DNA of 64,000 nucleotides from the NCBI GenBank assembly GCA_965222075.1, contig OZ244937.1:800001-864000 (forward strand), read 5' to 3'. The notes under the pieces were generated by a model, which was not told the origin of the DNA, searched no databases, and saw nothing but the letters and a program-made list of their open reading frames with translations. Below, piece after piece: positions 57,413 to 64,000 of this stretch; position 1 is the first letter of the stretch; every line of letters begins with the position of its first letter. The position numbers and the translations under genes are program-made. This DNA is from Candidatus Latescibacterota bacterium (GTDB taxonomy: Bacteria > Latescibacterota > UBA2968 > GCA-2709665).

Positions 57413-58381
57413 ATGCCATCACAGCATATTATAGACCGGCTCGAAAGCGGCGCGCATCTTCTCTTAGACGGCGCAACCGGGTCGGAGTTGCAGCGAAGGG
57501 GCGTTGATGTGTTGAAGGGCGCCACGGCCGACGACGGCCTTCAGGCGTGGTCGGCAACGGCGAATATCGACGCAGCGGACGTGGTCCAGCAGGTTCACCA
57601 GGACTATCTGCGGGTGGGCGCGGACATCATTATCAGCAACAATTTCTGGACCAGTCCGACGCGGTTGGCGCCAATAGGTCTGGATGCCCGTTGGGAGGAC
57701 TACGCCCGGGCCGCCGGAGAGATCGCGCTCAGGGCACGCGATGCGCTTAACCCGGATGCGTACATCGCCGGCGGCGTGGCGCCTCCGTGCGTGCAGAGGA
57801 GGGCCGAAAGCCGGGAGCCTGATGTTGTGGTTATGGGGGAGGAGGCGTTTTACAGGGAGTTTTCCAACCACGTGAAGCTGCTGGCCGAGATTGGTGTGGA
57901 CGTCCTGCTGCCCGAATACGTGGGCTATATCGCCGATTGCGTGGCCGCGGTAGACGCGTGCGCAGAGACCGGCCTGCCGGTGTTTTTGGGGGTGCGCCAC
58001 ATTCAAGAAGATGGGGCGATGCAATACGACGAGCGGCTGGAAGACCTGGTGACGGCTCTGGAGGGCCACAGGATCGACGCGATTTTGCTGATGTGCAGTC
58101 CGCCTGAAAACGCGTCGGCCGGATTACGGATTCTCAAAGAGGTTTTCAAGGGCGCCGTGGGCGCCTACCCCAACATTGGCTACCGGCCTGTGGCGCCTCT
58201 GAGTGCCGGGGGGGAAGCAGATGATGAGGAGGCGGATTTTCTGCGGACCGGAAGCTACCCTCCCGCACGACTGGCCGGGTTCGCACGGGAGTGGAAGGAT
58301 CTGGGCGCGCAGATTTTCGGGGGTTGCTGTGCAACGGGGCCGGAGCATATCCAGGCAATGCGCCCGGTGGTGAAGGGCTGA
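57413..58381 (+). CDS. Homocysteine S-methyltransferase family protein
   Basis: LLDGATGSEL, HQDYLRVGADII, MCS, YPN, GGCC..GPEHI. Confidence 0.92.
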   Translation: MPSQHIIDRLESGAHLLLDGATGSELQRRGVDVLKGATADDGLQAWSATANIDAADVVQQVHQDYLRVGADIIISNNFWTSPTRLAPIGLDARWEDYARAAGEIALRARDALNPDAYIAGGVAPPCVQRRAESREPDVVVMGEEAFYREFSNHVKLLAEIGVDVLLPEYVGYIADCVAAVDACAETGLPVFLGVRHIQEDGAMQYDERLEDLVTALEGHRIDAILLMCSPPENASAGLRILKEVFKGAVGAYPNIGYRPVAPLSAGGEADDEEADFLRTGSYPPARLAGFAREWKDLGAQIFGGCCATGPEHIQAMRPVVKG

Positions 58382-58389
58382 ACCTGTCT

Positions 58390-58540
58390 CAGCATGTTGA
58401 GACAGGGGCCACCGTCTATACGGATGACGCCACCGCCTGCTATGGTAGGGGTTAAGCACCGGGCTGTCAAGCATTCCGTGGGTGAGTATGTCAAGAATCA
58501 GGCCCATACGAACGGCATGGAGTCGTTCTGGTCCTTGTGG
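58390..58540 (+). pseudogene. IS1595 transposase internal fragment
   Basis: QHVETGATVYTDDATA, frameshift, KHRAVKHSVGEYVKNQAHTNGMESFWSL. Confidence 0.85.
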
Positions 58541-58582
58541 AGTGAATATAAGACCTGTGCTTAAGAAATCTGTTAATTTGCC

Positions 58583-58612
58583 TTGCTTTTTGTCAAGGTA
58601 AGTTGTTATATT
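58583..58612 (+). promoter_or_regulatory. sigma70 promoter with extended -10
   Basis: TTGCTT-18 nt-TATATT with TGn immediately before the -10. Confidence 0.55.
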
Positions 58613-58619
58613 GGCTCTT

Positions 58620-58827
58620 GTAAACACTCAGGATCACCCACCGAAGAGAGTCGGGCCGTGTACTGAAAACAGGATAACGCCTTGGACCTTGCTGAGACGG
58701 TGGAGGGAACCCGGGGTGAGTCCATCACCGCCGGATCTGGTGAATTTTCCTTCGGGGTCGGGTATCTCTTCTAAGCATGATCCATCACAGGGTCCCGGTC
58801 CGTGTCAGTGGGGCGGGATTCTTCTTT
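58620..58827 (+). ncRNA. Candidate structured RNA upstream of the NYN nuclease
   Basis: Nested pairings GGATCA/TGATCC, GAAGAGA/TCTCTTC, ACCCGG/TCGGGT; cUUCGg tetraloop at 58750-58755; 3' hairpin with a U-rich tail. Folded by eye only. Confidence 0.5.
58790..58827 (+). terminator. Terminator-like hairpin between the RNA and the NYN gene
   Basis: GGGTCCCG...CGGGATTC followed by TTCTTT. Confidence 0.45.
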
Positions 58828-58887
58828 GGATGAGGGGTGGGCCTGTCCATAGAGGCTTGTGGATCACGGATAAGTGAGGAAGAAAAA

Positions 58888-59508
58888 ATGGACGGTGTTT
58901 TCATCTATTGGGACAACTCGAATATCTTCATTGGTGCTCAGCAAGTGGCTATTGACAGGGAAGGAGAAGCCGTCCGTTATCGGGTACGTATTCACTTCCG
59001 AAATATGCTGATACTGGCATGTGCTGGACGAGAAATCAGACACGCTGTTGCTGCTGGCTCTATCCCACCGGAGTTGCGACATGTTTGGAACAGTTTAGAG
59101 AATGAAGGTGTGACCGTTAAGTTATTGGAACGGGGTGCCTTACATGGACGGGAACAGGGGATGGATCAGATTTTGCAGACGGAGATGTTGCGTGATGGGT
59201 TCGACAATAATGGGGATCCGGGTGTGGTCGTCATGCTCACAGGAGACGGGGCTGGATTTGATGATGGTGTTGGGTTTCACGCTGATTTGGTGCGGATGCA
59301 AGAACGGGGCTGGCGCATTGAAGTGGTGTCCTGGCGGCATAGTTGTAATTATAGGATGCGGAAATGGGCGGAGGAGAGTGGTGCCTTTATCGCTTTGGAT
59401 GATTTTTATGAAAGCATCACTTTTCTGGAACAGGCGAACCCCGGTGAGCCTGTAGCTGTGCCGCGCTATGTCGTTCCCTTGGATCTGGACCAACGAGTGA
59501 CTATCTGA
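58888..59508 (+). CDS. NYN domain (PIN/LabA-like) ribonuclease
   Basis: FIYWDNSNIF, REQGMD, MLTGDG..F, GWRIEVVSW, FIALDD; acidic catalytic residues present; GAGG RBS. Confidence 0.88.
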   Translation: MDGVFIYWDNSNIFIGAQQVAIDREGEAVRYRVRIHFRNMLILACAGREIRHAVAAGSIPPELRHVWNSLENEGVTVKLLERGALHGREQGMDQILQTEMLRDGFDNNGDPGVVVMLTGDGAGFDDGVGFHADLVRMQERGWRIEVVSWRHSCNYRMRKWAEESGAFIALDDFYESITFLEQANPGEPVAVPRYVVPLDLDQRVTI

Positions 59509-59541
59509 GGTGTTTAGCTTTGATACCTGCTCAGGAGAGTG

Positions 59542-59661
59542 ATGCTATGTCTATCGGACGATGACGCTGAGGAAGAGGCTTGGGATCAGGAGCAGGCCTA
59601 CTACCTTGGTAGGCAGGCCGCCTGGGTCATCCAAGATACCCGTGAGGGGAAGACAGGATAA
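59542..59661 (+). CDS. Possible 39-aa acidic peptide
   Basis: AGGAGA RBS, then MLCLSDDDAEEEAWDQEQAYYLGRQAAWVIQDTREGKTG*; below the ORF-track length cutoff. Confidence 0.35.
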   Translation: MLCLSDDDAEEEAWDQEQAYYLGRQAAWVIQDTREGKTG

Positions 59662-59753
59662 TCGCTTAGACCTTAACACAACTATAGAACCACGAGTCAA
59701 ACGAGGGGAAGCTATAACACCTGATCTATCTTCCTTAAATTCTCTATAATAAG

Positions 59754-59789
59754 ACAAGGGCCGTCGAGAATAAAAACGATGGCCCTTGT
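59754..59789. terminator. Hairpin after the NYN locus
   Basis: ACAAGGGCCGTCG-N10-CGATGGCCCTTGT. Confidence 0.55.
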
Positions 59790-59832
59790 GGTTTAGACAC
59801 CCATATATTCAACTCCGTCATTATGATAGGGT

Positions 59833-59867
59833 TTGACATTAATAACGCCGTGCGTTATTATATGTAA
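59833..59867 (+). promoter_or_regulatory. higBA promoter/operator
   Basis: TTGACA-17 nt-TATTAT; inverted repeat TAATAACGC-CGT-GCGTTATTA (59840-59860). Confidence 0.8.
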
Positions 59868-60149
59868 ATGATAGAATCATTCCGCGACAGAGAGGCCGAG
59901 AGAGTTTTCCGTCGCGAGAGGTCGCGGAGATTCTCGGGAACGTTGGCTCGCTCGGCCTTAAAGAAGCTCCTTCTGTTGGACGCAGCCGATTCGATACAAG
60001 ACTTGCGGTCGCCACCAGGTAATCGTCCGGAGAGACTCACAGGAGATCGTAGGGGCCAGTACAGTATCCGCATAAATGAGCAATGGCGTCTTTGCTTCGA
60101 ATGGAAGGCGGGGCGTGCGGCCAACGTGGAGATCGTCGACTACCATTAG
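59868..60149 (+). CDS. higB: HigB toxin (RelE/ParE superfamily)
   Basis: MIESFRD, DLRSPPGNR, GQYSIRINEQWRLCF, VEIVDYH. Confidence 0.93.
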   Translation: MIESFRDREAERVFRRERSRRFSGTLARSALKKLLLLDAADSIQDLRSPPGNRPERLTGDRRGQYSIRINEQWRLCFEWKAGRAANVEIVDYH

Positions 60150-60158
60150 GAGGTATCT

Positions 60159-60464
60159 ATGCCTGTCACCACAATGCCCCCAATTCATCCGGGAGAGATC
60201 CTGCTTGAGGAGTTTCTCCATCCTCTGGGTATTAGCCAATATCGTCTGGCAAAGGACATTTCAGTCCCTTCTCGCCGGATTAACGAAATTGTTCATGGCA
60301 AGCGCGCTGTCTCGGCAGACACTGCGCTTCGGTTAGCTCGCTACTTTGGAACCACAGGTCAATTTTGGCTCAATCTGCAAACACGCTACGATTTAGAGTT
60401 GGAGAAAGATCGTCTCGGTGAGCGATTGGAGGCCGAGGTGCAAGTTTTAGAGCGCGTTGAATAG
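60159..60464 (+). CDS. higA: HigA antitoxin (HTH)
   Basis: PIHPGEIL.EEFL, RINEIVHGKR, TALRL, FWLNLQ..YDL. Confidence 0.94.
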   Translation: MPVTTMPPIHPGEILLEEFLHPLGISQYRLAKDISVPSRRINEIVHGKRAVSADTALRLARYFGTTGQFWLNLQTRYDLELEKDRLGERLEAEVQVLERVE

Positions 60465-60539
60465 AAATGTTGGGGCAGATAGCCTCTCACTCATTCCCCT
60501 TCGCAGGCTCAAGGCAAGCTTTTACCCTTCACCCTTCCT

Positions 60540-63500
60540 ATGTCAACAAACACCGTGACCTGCTGGCACAGCTATACTCGGCTGTTGTCCTTTTTTTTGT
60601 TGTGTACTGCGCTGTTGTACGCCCCCACAGGGGCACAGTCTCAGGCGACCACGGGTGTGATCCGAGGCTTTGTGTGGGATCAGTTCAACAATCCCATTGG
60701 CAATGCCACCATCGTGCTCAAGGAGACCGGCACCAATTACCAGCGAATCCTCACGTCATCCGACCTGGGTCTGTTCACCGCGACCCTGTTGCCCCTGGGT
60801 TTCTACGATGTGACAGTACAGGCGGAGGGACAGGCCGAAGTGCGCCAGACAGGGGTGCAGGTGCGGGTGGGCGAGACCGTGGAACTGGTCGTCAAAATGA
60901 TGCTGCAAATGGACGAGATGGTCATTGTGGCGACAAGGTCCACCGTTGACGTCACCCGGACCGAGACGGCCACACGCCTGCCCGAAGAAGCCGTGCAGGA
61001 CTTGCCCAACAACGGGCGCAATTTTCTCAACCTGACGCTGTTGACCCCGGGTGTGAGCATCGTGCAGGGGCCTGACGGCGATGAATTGACCATTGCCGGG
61101 CAGCGCGGCATTCACAACAACATCTCGGTAGATGGCGCCGATTTCAACAATCCCTTCTTCGGCGAGCAGCGCGGCGGACAGCGCCCCGCCTTCACCTTTA
61201 ATCTGGACGCGGTAGCGGAAATCGTGGTGGTACCCCAGGGGGCCAATGCCGAATTTGGGCGTTCCAGCGGGGGCTTTGTCAATGTGATCACCAAATCGGG
61301 TACCAACAAACTGCACGGCTCAGTGCATTTTTTTGGCAAGCACGACGCCCTGTCCGGGATAGCCAGGCACAAAGGGACGGAACGCACGCCCAGGTTCAAG
61401 CAGGGCCAGTTCGGCTTCACTTTGGGCGGTCCACTGGTCGTGGACAGGGCATTTTTCTTTGCCGCGTACGACCAGCAGGTTTTTAGAGACACCAGACAGA
61501 ACGATATCAAGCGCGTGGATGCCCGCTTGCGCCACTTCATGGACACCGCGTTTGACGGGGCGCTAAGCGGCGATTACGGCGCTATTGACCGCACCAACGA
61601 CGCCCGCGCTTTTCTGGCCAAAGTCGATTACCACCTGTCGGATGATCACTCCGCCACCTTCAAATACAATTACACATGGTCGGAACAGGAAAACGGCACT
61701 TTTGACGTGGACTCGTGGGCACGCAGTGCCAGTGCAATCGAAAAAGACCGGTCGCACGCTTTCAACGGCAGTTTCATATCGCTGCTGTCCGCCAGCACGA
61801 TCAATGAGTTCCGCTTTCAAATCGCCCGCGAGGATCGCCCGCGTCCCTACGGGGGACCGGTCAACCCCAACACCGGGCGCCCCTTCCCCGATACGGGCAT
61901 GGATTTTATGCACGGCTATCGTTTTGGCATGCCCTTCTTCATTCCGGTGGATTACTATGACACCCGCATCCAGTTGCTCAACAATATCTCTGTGGCCAGG
62001 GGCGATCACCTGATCAAAGCCGGCGTGGAGTGGAACCGCGTCGAATCCGTGCAAACCTTTATTGGTTTTGCCAATGGGCGCTACATTTTCAACTCGGTAG
62101 ACGGCTTTCTCAATTTCGTCAACCAGGGCAACGGCTATGTCGAATGCTCCGACGGCAGCACCAGCACCACCGGAGCCTGTGCCGGGGGGACGGATATTAC
62201 CGGGCCGGTCCTGTTCTATTTGGAGCAGGCCGGCGTGGGCGGGCTGAGCGTGGAAGAAGCGGGCACGCAGCATATCCCGCAGCACGAGTTGGCGCTGTTT
62301 GTGCAGGATAGTTGGCAACCTTCGAACAAACTGACGCTCAATTACGGTCTGCGCTGGGAGGCGCAGATCCAGCCTTCTGTGATCACCGATCCGGCCGAGG
62401 TCTTTTTCGCGGATTTTATTGGCAAAACCGCGATCAACGAAACAGGTACCTACACGTTCCCCTCCAATGGCAAAATTCCCTCCGATTGGGATATGTTCCA
62501 GCCGCGGGTAGGGGTGGCCTACGATGTGCATGGCGACAATAAGACTCTGTTGCGGGGCAGTGCGGGGATCTACTACGCCCGCATCCCGGGCCTGAACCTG
62601 GCCAGCACCCGCTCGACCAATGGCTCGCGCGGGCAATCCATTTTCCGATCCAGCGCGCTGACGCCCGTTTTGGGGCCGCCCCCGACCTACGGCGAGTTGT
62701 TGCCCTCGCCCAAAGGCGATCCCTTCCGCCCCAATATCTTTGTGTTCGACGAGAATTTCGAGAACCCGCGCACCATCAGTGCAAATGTGGGTGTTGAACG
62801 CGAGTTGCACGCGTGGGGTCTGGTGGGTTCTTTCGGTTATACCTATGCCCGCACCGACAATCTGACGCGTTTTATCAACCGCAACGACGCAGCCTTCGGT
62901 TCTCCCTGGTCAACGGGCCTGGGCGCCGATGGCAGCAACGGCATCGGTAATTTGACCGTGGTCGAGAGCACAGCCAGGTCGCGCTACCACGGCCTCAGTT
63001 TTGGGCTGCGGCAGGTGGTGCAGGACGATTTGCAGTTCCAGATGAATTATACGTTGTCGTGGGACAGGTCCGATGACGACAACGAGCGCGATCCCTTCAC
63101 TTTTCGCTACGTTGATGCAACCCGGTTGGATCGCGAGTGGGGCTATTCGGACCGCGACCAGCGCCACCGCTTCAATGTGTGGACCCTGGCCGGATTGCCC
63201 GGCGAGGTCTTTCTCAACAATCGCTTGAGTTACTATTCCGCACAGCCGACCTCCGCATCCTGCGGCGGCGACAACCGGGCGTCGGCCCGGCCCACGACCA
63301 ACCCGTGGGGCCCCGCCTCTGACCGTATATGCGCCGACGGGAGCATTATCCAGCGCAACACCCTGCGCAAAGAACACGGGTTTTTCTCGTGGGACGTGCG
63401 CCTCACGCGCCCTATTCCGCTGGGCAAGGGTCGACTGGAGGCCATTGTCGAGGTTTTCAACCTGCTCAACACGGATAACTTCCGCGACCCGTCCACTGCC

Positions 63501-63587
63501 GGTCTGCTGTTCAATTTTGACGGTACCGTACAGTCGGGCCTGGGCGATCCGCGCGAAGTGCAGGTCGGCATGCGCTACGTGTTTTGA
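60540..63587 (+). CDS. TonB-dependent receptor with carboxypeptidase-regulatory-like N-domain (Oar-like)
   Basis: Signal peptide, LPNNGRNF, NVITKSGTN, LTLNYGLRWE, PRVGVAYD, C-terminal aromatic residue (MRYVF). Confidence 0.92.
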   Translation: MSTNTVTCWHSYTRLLSFFLLCTALLYAPTGAQSQATTGVIRGFVWDQFNNPIGNATIVLKETGTNYQRILTSSDLGLFTATLLPLGFYDVTVQAEGQAEVRQTGVQVRVGETVELVVKMMLQMDEMVIVATRSTVDVTRTETATRLPEEAVQDLPNNGRNFLNLTLLTPGVSIVQGPDGDELTIAGQRGIHNNISVDGADFNNPFFGEQRGGQRPAFTFNLDAVAEIVVVPQGANAEFGRSSGGFVNVITKSGTNKLHGSVHFFGKHDALSGIARHKGTERTPRFKQGQFGFTLGGPLVVDRAFFFAAYDQQVFRDTRQNDIKRVDARLRHFMDTAFDGALSGDYGAIDRTNDARAFLAKVDYHLSDDHSATFKYNYTWSEQENGTFDVDSWARSASAIEKDRSHAFNGSFISLLSASTINEFRFQIAREDRPRPYGGPVNPNTGRPFPDTGMDFMHGYRFGMPFFIPVDYYDTRIQLLNNISVARGDHLIKAGVEWNRVESVQTFIGFANGRYIFNSVDGFLNFVNQGNGYVECSDGSTSTTGACAGGTDITGPVLFYLEQAGVGGLSVEEAGTQHIPQHELALFVQDSWQPSNKLTLNYGLRWEAQIQPSVITDPAEVFFADFIGKTAINETGTYTFPSNGKIPSDWDMFQPRVGVAYDVHGDNKTLLRGSAGIYYARIPGLNLASTRSTNGSRGQSIFRSSALTPVLGPPPTYGELLPSPKGDPFRPNIFVFDENFENPRTISANVGVERELHAWGLVGSFGYTYARTDNLTRFINRNDAAFGSPWSTGLGADGSNGIGNLTVVESTARSRYHGLSFGLRQVVQDDLQFQMNYTLSWDRSDDDNERDPFTFRYVDATRLDREWGYSDRDQRHRFNVWTLAGLPGEVFLNNRLSYYSAQPTSASCGGDNRASARPTTNPWGPASDRICADGSIIQRNTLRKEHGFFSWDVRLTRPIPLGKGRLEAIVEVFNLLNTDNFRDPSTAGLLFNFDGTVQSGLGDPREVQVGMRYVF

Positions 63588-63589
63588 GT

Positions 63590-63672
63590 AATACCCCTGG
63601 TAGGGCGTGCGCCTGCTGGGGTATTGAAACGGGTAGGGAGGATCTTTGTAGGGGCGATCCTTGCGATCGCCC
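63590..63672. repeat. Hairpin plus GTAG-type REP
   Basis: AATACCCC...GGGGTATT, then GTAGGGGCGATCCTTGCGATCGCCC (63648-63672). Confidence 0.75.
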
Positions 63673-63740
63673 TGTAATCTTCGCGCGGTTTCCGTCATCC
63701 GCAATCCCTCCCCGCCCTTCGTTCCCATGCCTTCGGCGAG

Positions 63741-63985
63741 GCCTTTTTCTTGATCGCCCAAGAAAAAGGCCCAAAAAGAAGGGCGCCTGCTTGCGCGGCG
63801 CGGGGGCTGCTTTTCCGAGAATTGCCCCTGTGGTGGCAGCAGGCGTTCCTGTTTGCCGTGCCGGGCACCTGCTTGCGCGCAACGCGCAGGCAAGCGGCAC
63901 AGGCAGGTCTGCCCTGCGGACCTTTTGGGCGTTTTTGGGCGCAGGTGCTGGGGGGATCTGCGCGGAAAAGCCCCTTCAACCCCGC
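63741..63985 (+). mobile_element. MITE-like repeat, copy 3, with a 60-bp nested palindrome insertion
   Basis: Same core as the 23.4 and 54.2 kb copies; 63848-63907 is absent from both other copies. Confidence 0.8.
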
Positions 63986-64000
63986 AGCGAATACCCTTTT

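Noticed and set aside
58620-58790. 6S RNA or riboswitch identity for the NYN leader
   Set aside because: The fold looks multibranched rather than a rod with a central bubble, I recognise no riboswitch consensus, and the context is mobile; not formally excluded without Rfam.

Overview
GC-rich bacterial chromosome segment, standard genetic code. The gene mix (GWxTD protein, Oar-like TonB receptor, eukaryote-like LRR fragment, many sugar-acid oxidoreductases, two hydantoinase/oxoprolinase pairs) resembles Candidatus Latescibacterota or related sponge/marine FCB lineages; this is an inference from recalled family patterns, not a search. Layout: a mosaic of four broken gene fragments (0.26-1.9 kb); tRNA-fMet; a housekeeping block on the minus strand (hlyC/corC, ybeY, 7TM-HD phosphodiesterase, phoH, LysM protein, lipoprotein, aspS, hisS, rnhB-yraN fusion); a heterodimeric ABC exporter; a Cys-rich orphan; an accessory zone (internally deleted IS, duplicated Ig-like+LivK lipoproteins, hicAB, IS1595 remnant); a long catabolic region with tRNA-Gly; then an IS1595 scar followed by promoter - structured RNA - terminator - NYN ribonuclease, higBA and a TonB-dependent receptor. 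Two things stand out. (1) A candidate type III TA-like module: a ~200-nt multibranch RNA plus terminator directly upstream of a NYN/PIN nuclease. (2) A layered set of tiny repeats, including 27/33-bp CCTGCC...GGCAGG palindromes that sit without target duplication, nest in each other, lie in frame inside an enzyme gene and occupy the deletion junction of a dead IS. No CRISPR array, integrase or intact transposase was found.
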